From NCBI GenBank assembly GCA_050331235.1, contig JBHJHA010000039.1:1-64000 (forward strand): a stretch of 64,000 bases of DNA, written 5' to 3'. Positions 19,102 through 29,197 of the stretch are shown here, one piece after another (the first letter of the stretch is position 1; each line of letters opens with the position of its first letter). The translations under genes were made by a program, and so were the position numbers. The notes beneath the pieces were generated by a model. That model did no database searches. It was not told the origin of the DNA and saw only the letters and a program-made list of their open reading frames with translations. The DNA is from Leptolyngbyaceae cyanobacterium. Lineage in GTDB: Bacteria > Cyanobacteriota > Cyanobacteriia > Phormidesmidales > Phormidesmidaceae.

Positions 19102-19470
19102 ATGAGCACAGTTTTAATCGTAGATGACAGTTCTGCCTTGCGCGAGATGATTGCAGGCTTACTTGTGAATGCTGGAATGACCATCTTGGAAGCAAAAGAT
19201 GGGTCGGAGGCACAGCAGAAAATTGAGGCCAATCCCCCCGATTTAGTCGTGCTAGACATTGTGATGCCCAACATGAATGGGTATGAGCTGACCCGATGGA
19301 TCAAGACCAATCCGAAGACGAAGGATGTCCCGGTTGTCATTTGCTCATCCAAAGGCGAAGAGTTCGATCGCTACTGGGGCATGAAACAAGGGGCCGATGC
19401 TTACATTGCTAAGCCGTTTCGCCCGACTGAAATGGTGGAAACCGTCAAACAACTCCTCCGCAGTCGGTAG
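19102..19470 (+). CDS. Single-domain CheY/PilH-like response regulator
   Basis: VLIVDDS, LDIVMPNMNGYE, CSSK, WGMKQGADAYIAKPF. Confidence 0.93.
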   Translation: MSTVLIVDDSSALREMIAGLLVNAGMTILEAKDGSEAQQKIEANPPDLVVLDIVMPNMNGYELTRWIKTNPKTKDVPVVICSSKGEEFDRYWGMKQGADAYIAKPFRPTEMVETVKQLLRSR

Positions 19471-19822
19471 CTCCATACGTGGCGACAACTCAGCTCCTTT
19501 GGCCTAATGGTTAGGGGTCAACGTGAGCTCGAGATTAACCGTTTAAGCGTTTTAGCCATTCTATCGGGCGATCAGTCTTTCCCCAATAGGCTTATCCATA
19601 ACGGATTTTGGCTTCACCCAAACTGAAGCTGCTTGGGCATCGCCTTGGCATGGCTGTTGTGAGGGTGATCTCGTATTCCCATGGCACTAAAAGGCTTAAA
19701 TGAGACAGCTCTCGTAATTGATTTTGTACTTGTCCGGCCCATGGCCCGGACCTTTCGGTGAACATTGACTCAATAAGTCCCAGACCCCATAGGGAGTGAG
19801 AGCGAGAAAGCCATCGGCAAAT

Positions 19823-19848
19823 GGGAACTCAGACTAGTCTGAGTTCCC
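19823..19848. terminator. Perfect 26-bp palindrome just downstream of tolC (probable terminator or 3' stem)
   Basis: GGGAACTCAGACTAGTCTGAGTTCCC is its own reverse complement and lies 11 bp past the tolC stop. Confidence 0.55.
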
Positions 19849-19859
19849 TAAAAGCGAGA

Positions 19860-21794
19860 CTAAAAAGGAATTTCTTCGTAATAAGGCTCTGGCAAATTGC
19901 TGACGGCCCGCTTGAGTTCCGCAAGGGAACGGTTGTAGCCAATAATCGCCTGCACTAAGTTCACCTCGGCATCGGTGAGTTCCGACTGGGCATTAAGGAT
20001 ATCTAGTTGAGTGCCAACACCAGCATCGAACCGCAGAATGGCCAGATCCAAGGCTTCCTGGGCTTGAGTGACGGCCAAACGCGCTGTATCGATATTGGTT
20101 TGGTTAGACTGAAGATTAAAATACGCACTCTCAACGCCCAGACGAACGGTGTTTCGCGTTTCTTCAAAGTTACGATCAGCGATTTCGATGTCGAGTTCGC
20201 GCTGGCGGGCCCTTGCTTGCGCGGCTCCTCCTTCAAATAGAGTCCATGAGACCCGGGCTCCAAAGGTGTAGTTGTCGCTGAAGCGATCGTCTTGGGTGAA
20301 AAAGTCGCTCAGACTGTAGTTAGCAAACAAGTCAACCTGAGGGCCTAACGCTGACAGTTCAGCGACTCTCAACGATTCATTAATGTCCCGTTGGGTCAGC
20401 TGCTGCTCTAGCTCCGCTCGATTTTGAAAGGCCAACACAATACTTTCGTCAAGATCCAAAGGCCAAGTGCCCGCAATATCCACTGGGACCGTTGTGATTG
20501 ATAGGGAAGGGGGCACATTTAGACGGCGGGCTAGTGCTCTTTGGGCGACCTGCCGTGCCCGTTCAGAATTAACGAGGTCTTGCCGAGCATTGGCAACCTG
20601 CACTTGCGCTCTAAGCACATCAAACCGGGTGCCGACGCCCACTTCTTCTCTTAGGGTTGTATCTTGTAGGTTTCGTTCTGCCTCTTGTAAAAAGGCTTCA
20701 CTAATTCGAATCGCCTCGATCGCCGCTTGTAGGTCGTAAAATTCATTTGCCGTAACCAGCCGCAACTCTTCGCGCCGCCGTTCAACCTCTAGGAGCGCTA
20801 GTTGCACTTGTTCTTCAGCGGCTTGAATGGTGGCTTGTCGCCGTCCAGACGAGTAGACGTTATAGACCACATCTAACTGCGCTGAGTAAGAAAGACCTAA
20901 CTCTTCAGAGGTGTTGCTCTCAAAACTAAAGCCGCCACCCGGTGTAGGTACCAGTTCAGAGCCACCGGTTGTCGTATTCTGACCTTGCAAGTTGCCACTT
21001 AGGGTTACGGTTGGCAAGTTGTCAGCTTGGGCCTCACGGAGGGATGCTTGGCTTTGCTCCAGCTCCAACAGCGCAACTCGTAAATCAGGATTATTGCGGT
21101 AGGACAACTCCAACGTCTGCTCTAGGGTTAACGGTTGGGTACCGATAATCTCAACTTCTTCTGGCTGCGTTTGAATCAATAGCGGATTAGGGCTGGGATC
21201 AAGAAACTGTAAGTCATCTAAAACCCGCTCTTCTGGAATGGGAACGCCTGACTCTACGCTGGCGGGAGGGGGAGCCGGGAGCGTAGGCGTAACGCTATCT
21301 GTAGGCTGCACATCATCGGCAGGAGACGCCGGTGTCGATGAGTCCGACTCGGAAGTATCAGGCAAGGGGCTAAACACTTCTTCTTCCGATAGCGGCTCGA
21401 AGGTGTCACCTGGGGCAGAGTCTGCAGGAATATCCTCATCGTCGATCGCATCCAAAGGCTCAGCCGCATCAGGACCGTCGTCAACCTGGGCAATCACCGG
21501 AGCTGCGGCTGCCGACGACCAAGCTTGACCGTAAACCAGAGATGGCAAAGAAACAGGCTTTGCCTCCCCGGCTTTAGCCGGAGCCGCTGGAATCAGAAAA
21601 GTTAATACGGTTTGCCGATGGTGATTAGATGGCGTTTGTTGGGTGGGGTTATTGGACGAGGAAAACTCCCCTGTTGCTGGCGTTTTGGTGGCGCTAGCGG
21701 CTAACGCAGGGGCTAGCCAACCCGTTATCGGTAGCGCGATCGCAACACCGAGATAAAGGCGCATGAACCAGGGAGACAGCATACCTTTCTGCAT
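19860..21794 (-). CDS. tolC: TolC family outer-membrane efflux protein
   Basis: Two OEP repeats (GVGTRFDVLRAQVQVANA; GVGTQLDILNAQSEL) and a long acidic/Pro-rich N-terminal extension typical of cyanobacterial TolC. Start position uncertain. Confidence 0.9.
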   Translation of the reverse strand: MQKGMLSPWFMRLYLGVAIALPITGWLAPALAASATKTPATGEFSSSNNPTQQTPSNHHRQTVLTFLIPAAPAKAGEAKPVSLPSLVYGQAWSSAAAAPVIAQVDDGPDAAEPLDAIDDEDIPADSAPGDTFEPLSEEEVFSPLPDTSESDSSTPASPADDVQPTDSVTPTLPAPPPASVESGVPIPEERVLDDLQFLDPSPNPLLIQTQPEEVEIIGTQPLTLEQTLELSYRNNPDLRVALLELEQSQASLREAQADNLPTVTLSGNLQGQNTTTGGSELVPTPGGGFSFESNTSEELGLSYSAQLDVVYNVYSSGRRQATIQAAEEQVQLALLEVERRREELRLVTANEFYDLQAAIEAIRISEAFLQEAERNLQDTTLREEVGVGTRFDVLRAQVQVANARQDLVNSERARQVAQRALARRLNVPPSLSITTVPVDIAGTWPLDLDESIVLAFQNRAELEQQLTQRDINESLRVAELSALGPQVDLFANYSLSDFFTQDDRFSDNYTFGARVSWTLFEGGAAQARARQRELDIEIADRNFEETRNTVRLGVESAYFNLQSNQTNIDTARLAVTQAQEALDLAILRFDAGVGTQLDILNAQSELTDAEVNLVQAIIGYNRSLAELKRAVSNLPEPYYEEIPF

Positions 21795-21879
21795 AGGGTC
21801 CTTCAGGCTGAGCAGCAACGACAAAGGTCGACTTGATAATCACTCGATCTAGGATACTTTACTAACCGGTTTAGTTAAT

Positions 21880-23253
21880 TCAGCATGTTCGGTACCTGGC
21901 GGTTTCCGGTTGCAGGCAATTAAGGATCAAGCCATCAACACCATTTACCGGAAAAATTGGCACGTGTAAAGCGTTACTGATTGATTCTACGCTTTGGTCG
22001 TCCAAAAAAAGCCATTTTTGCGGATTCCCAGGATCGGTCGGCTTGAGTAAGACGGTTGGCAGCAGCAAGCCGTCTCCGAGGACGCGATCGGTCAAATGAT
22101 GCCGCAGGTCGTACCCAGTGAGCAATCCGGTTACGGTGATGGCTTGCCCCCAATACTCACTGTTGAGCGCTGCCATTTTAACGGTCAGGTTTTCGACTTG
22201 GTTAAGCCGTTGCAGAATAGGCTGAAAGGCTTGCTCAACCGCGTTGCCGACGACCCAAGTTAATCGTTTTGGCTCCTCGATGCGAGCGGGTAGGCGGACC
22301 GCAGCAGTCTCAAACTTAGTCAAAAACTGACGAATTGAGCCGACGCCATTGCCAATTTGAGGATAGTCTTCATAATCCGCTTCGGTGGGTAGCGATCGCC
22401 CAGCGATCAAAAACCATTCGTCGGCCAGCCACGCAAAAGTAGTCCCAAACTTGGGTTTGAATTTCGCCTGTAGAGCCTCCACTTGATCAATCACCTCTTG
22501 GGCTTTGGCTGGCGTCACGGGGATGAGTTCGTCCGCCTGGGGCCGAAACCGAGTTAGCCCTACGGGCACCACTGCGGCTGAAATAACTGTGGGAACTTCG
22601 CCCTCGTGAAACCGTGCCAAATCAAGTAAGGTTTGCTCCAAATGAGGACCATCGTTGATCCCTGGGCAGACAACCACCTGGGCATGAATTTGCAAGCGAT
22701 GTTCTCGAAACCAAGTGAGCTGTTGGCGCAGTTCGCCAGCCCGGGGATTCTTGAGTAAGCGAGCTCGTAATTCCGGTTCGGTGGCATGCACTGAGACAAA
22801 TAACGGCGACAATCGCATTTGGGCAATGCGCTGCCACTCAGGTGGAGTGAGGTTAGTCAGGGTGAGATAGCTACCGTATAAAAAGCTCAGCCGATAATCA
22901 TCATCTTTGAGGTAAAGCGTCTCGCGCTTGCCGGGGGGCTGCTGGTCAATGAAGCAAAAGGGACAGCGATTGTTGCACTGCATCAGCCCGTCAAAGAGAG
23001 CGGTTTCAAATTCTAGTCCCAGATCTTCGTCGTAGTCTTTCTCCAGCTCCACCTGGTGAGATTGCCCGTGAGCATCTTCAATTTCTAAAGTCAGCTCTTC
23101 ATCGGCGCAAAGAAACTGATAATCGATCAGATCACGGGGAGCTTGACCGTTGATGCGCACCAGGCGATCGCCAGGCTCAAATCCCAATTCCGCCGCGATG
23201 GAATCAGCAATGACGCGAGTAACAACAGCCGGACGAATGGATGACTGGCTCAT
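21880..23253 (-). CDS. TIGR03279-type PDZ/radical-SAM-like Fe-S protein (DUF512)
   Basis: N-terminal PDZ-like region, CNNRCPFCF (CxxxCxxC), KDDDYRLSF, VVPVGLT and NGVG. Confidence 0.9.
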   Translation of the reverse strand: MSQSSIRPAVVTRVIADSIAAELGFEPGDRLVRINGQAPRDLIDYQFLCADEELTLEIEDAHGQSHQVELEKDYDEDLGLEFETALFDGLMQCNNRCPFCFIDQQPPGKRETLYLKDDDYRLSFLYGSYLTLTNLTPPEWQRIAQMRLSPLFVSVHATEPELRARLLKNPRAGELRQQLTWFREHRLQIHAQVVVCPGINDGPHLEQTLLDLARFHEGEVPTVISAAVVPVGLTRFRPQADELIPVTPAKAQEVIDQVEALQAKFKPKFGTTFAWLADEWFLIAGRSLPTEADYEDYPQIGNGVGSIRQFLTKFETAAVRLPARIEEPKRLTWVVGNAVEQAFQPILQRLNQVENLTVKMAALNSEYWGQAITVTGLLTGYDLRHHLTDRVLGDGLLLPTVLLKPTDPGNPQKWLFLDDQSVESISNALHVPIFPVNGVDGLILNCLQPETARYRTC

Positions 23254-23377
23254 ACGAGATAGGAAGAGGCGATAAGGAAATAACGCGGTGAACTTAAGCG
23301 CTCCTGCGACCGCTTAACCCCAGCATCGGCTGAGAGCGGGATGCGAATGGCCACCGTGTTTCATCATGCCTCAGACT

Positions 23378-24256
23378 TTAGATATTTGACAGCCGACCTA
23401 GCAAAATACCGACTAAAATCGCTAGCCCGAAACCGATGCGATAAAACACAAAAATCCAGGTCGTGTGATCTTTCAAAAAGCGAATCAACCAGTAGATCGC
23501 GACATAGGAAGCGATGGCGGAAGAAATGACTCCAGCGATCGCAACCGCCGCTCCGATGGTTGCTTGTGGGTCAAACAATTCGTTCAGCTCTGCCAGACCA
23601 GAAATCAGAATAGCGGGAATGCCCATTAGCAAAGAAAATCGCGCTGCCGTTTCACGGTTGAGTCCCATAAATAGTCCCGCCGTCATGGTGGACCCGGAGC
23701 GCGAGACCCCAGGAATAAGCGCTAGTGCCTGGGCTAACCCCATACCAATGCCGTCCCGTTGCGTCACGTCTTGGTAGTCTCGCTTGCGGCTGCCAGTAAC
23801 TTCTGCAATGCCCAGAAAGATAGCGAGGCCAATCGAAGTCAATGCAATCATCAGGGAGCTGCGGGCAAAGGTTTCATAGGTTTCCCGCAGCCCAAACTTA
23901 ACAATCAACCCCAAAACCATGATGGGAATGGTGCCAATCAGGATGCCGATCGCAACTCGAAAGTCTGGGGCTTGGTAATTATTTTGAGCGATCGCGCGTT
24001 TTACCCCTACGAGAAGCTGCTGAATATCTCGCCAAAAATAACCCACAATGGCGACAATACTGCCGAGCTGAACGATGGCCGTAAAAGTGACGCCAGGATC
24101 GCCCCAGCCTAGAATCACAGGCACAATTTTGACATGGGCAGTACTGCTGATCGGGAGAAACTCTGTAAGCCCTTGTACGATGCCAATCACAACAGCTTGA
24201 ATCAGCGATAAGGACCGCTCACCCTCGACCTGCAATAGAACTAAAACGCTGAGCAT
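23378..24256 (-). CDS. uppP: Undecaprenyl-diphosphate phosphatase (BacA)
   Basis: QGLTEFLPISSTAH, PGVSRSGST and AARFS. Confidence 0.96.
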   Translation of the reverse strand: MLSVLVLLQVEGERSLSLIQAVVIGIVQGLTEFLPISSTAHVKIVPVILGWGDPGVTFTAIVQLGSIVAIVGYFWRDIQQLLVGVKRAIAQNNYQAPDFRVAIGILIGTIPIMVLGLIVKFGLRETYETFARSSLMIALTSIGLAIFLGIAEVTGSRKRDYQDVTQRDGIGMGLAQALALIPGVSRSGSTMTAGLFMGLNRETAARFSLLMGIPAILISGLAELNELFDPQATIGAAVAIAGVISSAIASYVAIYWLIRFLKDHTTWIFVFYRIGFGLAILVGILLGRLSNI

Positions 24257-24423
24257 TATCGATAATTCCTAAAGCTTAAAATTTTAAGTAATGAAATATT
24301 CCCATAGGGGCGCTGACGCATCTACCTTCTGAGCCAGAATACCCAGTTTTTAAGCGGTTGCTCAATAAAGCGGTGAGGACGCTGACACCTCGCGTTGGGC
24401 TGCTGCCTTTGGATGGATATGAT

Positions 24424-25173
24424 ATGTTAAGAAGGGTTAACAAGCTGAGAAAACCTTTGTCATCCTTCTCCCCATCCTCTAAGCTTGCGTCCCAAGATGC
24501 GAGTTCGATTTTTTCGTGGGCGTTGCCTGCCTCCCTGCGGACGAGTCGAGCTAAGGCCGGGATGGCTGCCGTTTTTTTGGTTGTGGTGCCGGTATTTTTT
24601 CAAGCGCCACTGGTGCGATCGCTGCCTTGGTTAAGCCTAACGCTGACCGGCACCTGGTTGCTCACTGGCATCATCTTGAGTACTCGTCTGGTGACACGTT
24701 CTGCTGGTGATCTCATTACTGGCTTCACTTGGACGTGGCTGGCAGGGTCTATCTATTGGGGCTGGTTGAGAACTGAGCCACTGTGGCATCTCCCGGTAGA
24801 AGCGATCGGCTTGCCCTTAGTTGTCTTTCTCCTTTCCCAGAACAAAAGCCGGGTGGGCGGTTATTTTTTCCTCGGTTCCCTGTTTGGCACTGCCCTCACT
24901 GATCTATACATTTACTGGGCTGATTTGTTGCCGATGTGGCGGCAGGTGATGATTGCTGACCCCGAATGGGTGCCAGTCGTCTTACAGGAGGCTGCGGCTT
25001 CATTAAAGAACTTCACCGATATTTTCCATGGGGCGTTGATGGCCATCATACTGTTGGTTGTGGGGGTCGTCCCCCTACAGTCAAAGCAACCCTGTTGGTG
25101 GGCTTTCAGCGGTGCAGTTTTGAGTACGTTGATCGTAGATTTGCTCTTTTTCGCAAGTGCCCTCTATATTTAG
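24424..25173 (+). CDS. DUF3120 family membrane protein
   Basis: VPVFFQAPLVR, WLAGSIYWGWLR.EPLWHLPVEAIGLP and GAVLSTLIVD. Start uncertain. Confidence 0.85.
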   Translation: MLRRVNKLRKPLSSFSPSSKLASQDASSIFSWALPASLRTSRAKAGMAAVFLVVVPVFFQAPLVRSLPWLSLTLTGTWLLTGIILSTRLVTRSAGDLITGFTWTWLAGSIYWGWLRTEPLWHLPVEAIGLPLVVFLLSQNKSRVGGYFFLGSLFGTALTDLYIYWADLLPMWRQVMIADPEWVPVVLQEAAASLKNFTDIFHGALMAIILLVVGVVPLQSKQPCWWAFSGAVLSTLIVDLLFFASALYI

Positions 25174-25393
25174 TCAACTCAAGATTGCAGACCTGGAGAT
25201 GGACTGGAAGCATGGCGAGGGGTGAGCGGGACTTCTGTGTTTTCTTAGGTAAGTATTGATTTAGAACGATACACTGGGCCATGATGTGGAGCAGCAGCCT
25301 GTAATCAATTTCGGGGTTTAGGGCTTTCTTCATATGAAGGTTCTGGCTGCTGGCCACGTTAATGTTCTCAGCTACATATTTTTCCCAGGCTCC

Positions 25394-26365
25394 GTGATTC
25401 AATCCCAAGGTCCTTACGTCATTCTTAATACCGAGTCTGGGACTCGCCGATTGTCTTTGGTGGGAGTCAACTGCTGGACGGTGGGCCGCAGTGATGACAA
25501 CAACCTCGTTTTGCCAGATCGATGGATTTCTCGAAACCACGCCATGATCCAGATGATGGAGACCGGCGAGTTCTATCTGATTGATTTGGGCAGTCGCAAC
25601 GGCTCGTTTATCAACGGACGACGGGTAAGTGTCCCCGTTACCCTAGCGGATGGTGACTATTTGACATTTGGGCAAACCGAGCTGCAGTTCTTCTGCCCCG
25701 ATGCTAATCATGCTCAGGGTGAGAATGCGCTCGATACTGTTGAAATGACAGCGACGGCAACCTTGCACCTACGGCGTCTCATCTCGGTCATGGTTGTAGA
25801 TATTCGAGACTTTACAGTGCTGACGCGTCAACTAGATGAAAAGGTCCTGTCCGAGTCGATTGGCACTTGGTTTCGCTGCGCTGGGGATATCATTAGCCGC
25901 CACGGTAGCTGGGTAGATAAGTATATTGGCGATGCCGTGATGGCCGTCTGGATTCACGGTGCTGATCATGTAGAGCCGCCTGAACTTTTGCGGATCATGC
26001 AGGCAATGGACGAACTCGCCAAGATGACAGCGCAACTACATAAAAAGTTTCCACTCCCGTTTCCCCTGCGGGTGGGAGCAGGATTGAACACTGGCTACGC
26101 CATGGTGGGTAACACTGGCACTGGGGCCCACCCAGATTACACCGCCATTGGCGATACGGTTAATGCTGCGTTTCGGTTTGAGTCATCGACTAAGCAACTT
26201 GGGCTCGATGTTGCGGTGGGCGAGACGACCTATGAGTATCTCGCCAAAATGCCCGGCACGGAGTCCTTATTTCATCGCTATATTGTTAGCCTCAAAGGCT
26301 ACGAGGTCCCAACGGTGGCCCATGCCACGACTTTCTCTAACTTAGACCGATTTATTCACCATTAG
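25394..26365 (+). CDS. FHA-domain class III adenylate cyclase (CyaD-like)
   Basis: FHA motifs GRS..SRNHA..DLGSRNG, followed by cyclase motifs VVDIRDFT, DKYIGDAVMA and YTAIGDTVNAAFR. Probable GTG start at 25394. Confidence 0.92.
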   Translation: MIQSQGPYVILNTESGTRRLSLVGVNCWTVGRSDDNNLVLPDRWISRNHAMIQMMETGEFYLIDLGSRNGSFINGRRVSVPVTLADGDYLTFGQTELQFFCPDANHAQGENALDTVEMTATATLHLRRLISVMVVDIRDFTVLTRQLDEKVLSESIGTWFRCAGDIISRHGSWVDKYIGDAVMAVWIHGADHVEPPELLRIMQAMDELAKMTAQLHKKFPLPFPLRVGAGLNTGYAMVGNTGTGAHPDYTAIGDTVNAAFRFESSTKQLGLDVAVGETTYEYLAKMPGTESLFHRYIVSLKGYEVPTVAHATTFSNLDRFIHH

Positions 26366-26389
26366 GTACCGATTTATTCACCATTAGGT
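26346..26389 (+). repeat. Perfect 22-bp tandem duplication spanning the cyclase stop codon
   Basis: ACCGATTTATTCACCATTAGGT at 26346-26367 and 26368-26389. Confidence 0.95.
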
Positions 26390-26503
26390 GTTGACGAGGG
26401 CGCCGCCGTAGGCGATCGCCCCAGCTTGGCAGCTGCCGCATCATCGAAAATGCAGATTGCTTCTCCGTGTCAAAACCCCGATCAGTCCCCCCTAAGAGGA
26501 TCT

Positions 26504-27952
26504 CTAAGCAGTCTGCTCCGGTGAGGATATCGACGTGACTGAGGCCTTTTCTGGTGCCACCTTTAGTTGGGTTTGATAGTCAATTCCCAAAATCTCAGAA
26601 TAGAGTCGCACATATTCGACTGCAGATTTAGTCCAGCTAAAGTTTTCTTCCATGGCCCGTTTTTGTAGAGCGCGCCAGGCATCTTGATAGCGGAACCCTT
26701 CCCAGGCTCTTACCATACAGGTGTACAAATCAATGGGTTCATACCGGTCAAAGCAGTAGCCAGTACCAGCAGCATCGGCGGGATTATGGTGACTGACTGT
26801 ATCCACCAGTCCCCCAGTGCGACGTACGATGGGAATGCAGCCATAGCGCATGGCAATGATTTGACTGATACCGCAAGGTTCAAATCGCGACGGCATTAGG
26901 AAGGCATCGGCCCCAGCATAGATTTGCCGACCAATCCCCTCGCTGTACATTAAGTAAACCGCTACTCGCCCCCGATAGCGAGACGCCATTTCCCAGAGCT
27001 GATTTTCGTAGTAGCGCTCGCCAGTGCCTAACAGCACAAACTGAGCGTCGGTATAAGACAAAAACTGATCCATTGTTTGCAACACGAGGTCAAGCCCCTT
27101 TTGCTCAACCAGGCGGCTAATCAAGCCTACCAAAAACGCCTTTGAGTTGACTTCTAAGCCCATCTCTTCCTGTACTTTGACCTTATTAGCACGGCGTTTT
27201 TCCAAGGTTTCAGGGGAATAGTTCGTGGCAAGATTTTTATCCGTGGATGGATCGAATAGGTCCGTATCGATGCCGTTTAAAATGCCACTCAATTTACCAC
27301 CGACATAGGACAACAAACCTTCCAAGTTTTCGCCGTATTCCAGGGTCTGTATCTGTTGAGCATAGGTCGGCGAAACAGTGTTGACGCGATCAGCGTATTG
27401 AATGCCAGCGGCCATCGTATTGTGGCTCTGCATGAACCAAGGGCACCACGTCATCTGTTCTAGCTTCCAGCGCCAAGGCCCTTGATAGGCCAAATTGTGA
27501 ATGGTGAAAACGGTGCCAATGTCGGATGTTTCGGCCATCCATACGGGAATCATGCCGGTGTGCCAGTCATGGCAGTGAATGATTTGGGGTTTCCAGAAGT
27601 TCCAGGCAAATTCTGCGGCTCCGTTGGCAAAAAAGGTAAAGCGCCAGTCTTCATCGGTGCCACCATAAACGTTGCGCCCATCAAAGGCTGGGTGCCCAAA
27701 TAGGTACAGCGGTACATCGGTGCCTGGCAAAACGGTTTCGTATACCGCGAAGTCATTAAACATCGCGTATCCCCACCACACGGGCTCTTTGGGGATATCA
27801 ACTTTGTCCGGCAAAAAGCCGTAATAGGGCATAAAAATGCGGACATCATGGCCCATTGTTCGTAGCACTTTAGGCAAAGAGCCCACAACGTCTCCCATGC
27901 CGCCCACCTTGGCCAGTGGTGCTGCTTCTGCTGCTACGAATAAGATCCGCAT
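26504..27952 (-). CDS. glgA: Glycogen synthase
   Basis: [30 protein letters not shown] and MPSRFEPCG. Confidence 0.97.
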   Translation of the reverse strand: MRILFVAAEAAPLAKVGGMGDVVGSLPKVLRTMGHDVRIFMPYYGFLPDKVDIPKEPVWWGYAMFNDFAVYETVLPGTDVPLYLFGHPAFDGRNVYGGTDEDWRFTFFANGAAEFAWNFWKPQIIHCHDWHTGMIPVWMAETSDIGTVFTIHNLAYQGPWRWKLEQMTWCPWFMQSHNTMAAGIQYADRVNTVSPTYAQQIQTLEYGENLEGLLSYVGGKLSGILNGIDTDLFDPSTDKNLATNYSPETLEKRRANKVKVQEEMGLEVNSKAFLVGLISRLVEQKGLDLVLQTMDQFLSYTDAQFVLLGTGERYYENQLWEMASRYRGRVAVYLMYSEGIGRQIYAGADAFLMPSRFEPCGISQIIAMRYGCIPIVRRTGGLVDTVSHHNPADAAGTGYCFDRYEPIDLYTCMVRAWEGFRYQDAWRALQKRAMEENFSWTKSAVEYVRLYSEILGIDYQTQLKVAPEKASVTSISSPEQTA

Positions 27953-28130
27953 TGTATTGCCCTTGAGAAAATACCTAACTTCCTCAACAGTCTACGGTTG
28001 CACGCGACCTCTGCATAGTAGTTAATAAGACGCGATCGCGAACTGCATTTGTCGGATATTGGGCTTACGAGTCCACCGTTTACAAGCCGCTTTTATGCCG
28101 ATTAGCCTCAGTTCTGCCGAGATGGCCAAA

Positions 28131-28856
28131 CTACTCTAATACGGGTTGATTGAGCTTAATGACAGGACGAGGTAGGTCTCCACTATCAGCGGTAGCTGGA
28201 TTGAGTAATCGCTCTTGGGGAATTGACTCTGCCAGATTGGGACCAACGATGCCGCCTGAGAGTAAAACCTTGAAAGCGTCTTCGATTGATATCGATAGAT
28301 TGATGACATCTGTCTCTGGTACAACGGCATACCAACCACTGGTGGGATTAGGGGTAGTCGGAATAAAAATGCTGATCATCGAGGATGCGGCAGCGGCGTC
28401 TGACGTCACAACTGTGCCAGTGACAAACGCCACTGCCCATAGACCCCGACGAGGATATTCCACCAGAATGACGCGGCGAAATCGGCTCTTAGAGTCTTGC
28501 AAAACTGTCTGAAGAAGCTGCTGCAGCGTTTTGTAAACGGAACCGGCCAAAGGAATCGATTGCACGACCCGCTCTCCGAGATCGAGGAGCCACCGTCCGG
28601 CAATATTTCTGGCCATCAGGCCCATAAGTAGGATGCTGAGCAGCGGTACAGCAAGGCCGACTGTAAGGTTGACTAAATCTCCCAACAGGGGAGGCAATCC
28701 CGTAAACGGATTGAGCTGTTTGGGAAACCGCGTCAAAAACCGCACCACCCAAAAGGCAATTGTAGTGGTGAGCCAAATGGTTGTTGCTAGTGGGATGACG
28801 ACTAAAAGACCTGCAATCAGGTCATTTTTTAAGTCCTGCTTAAGCTTTTGAAACAC
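28131..28856 (-). CDS. DUF502 family membrane protein
   Basis: LKNDLIAGLLVVIPLATT, VEYPRRG and FIPTTPNPTSGW. Probable GTG start at 28856. Confidence 0.92.
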   Translation of the reverse strand: MFQKLKQDLKNDLIAGLLVVIPLATTIWLTTTIAFWVVRFLTRFPKQLNPFTGLPPLLGDLVNLTVGLAVPLLSILLMGLMARNIAGRWLLDLGERVVQSIPLAGSVYKTLQQLLQTVLQDSKSRFRRVILVEYPRRGLWAVAFVTGTVVTSDAAAASSMISIFIPTTPNPTSGWYAVVPETDVINLSISIEDAFKVLLSGGIVGPNLAESIPQERLLNPATADSGDLPRPVIKLNQPVLE

Positions 28857-29132
28857 AGGCGGCCCAGTCAACTTGGAAACTGCTAATTGATCATCATATG
28901 AGAAGAGCGATCGCATCAGCCACTTGATGAGTGATTGATACACCCTTGGGGATCATTGTAAACATTTGCTTCGGAACATGTAGACCGCGATCAGGAATAA
29001 CGGGTTTGGGGTCGCTCATAATGGCTAAAGCCATTGTAGCTTAGGTGACATTCTGTAAGTCTTACGGCGCTTTGGGTAAGAGCTAGAGCTTGGGAAGTGG
29101 CCTCGTAGTATTGACCAGCAATAAGCCGGAGT

Positions 29133-29156
29133 AAAAAAAGCCCTGACTAGTCAGGC
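29133..29156 (-). terminator. Probable intrinsic terminator of mgtE
   Basis: Minus strand GCCTGACTAGTCAGGGC followed by TTTTTTT, about 40 bp after the mgtE stop. Confidence 0.6.
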
Positions 29157-29197
29157 AGGGGGGACAACCCGCAAGGGGACAACGTATGATCTCGGTG

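Noticed and set aside
26346..26389. CRISPR mini-array
   Set aside because: There are only two adjacent copies, with no spacer and no cas genes.
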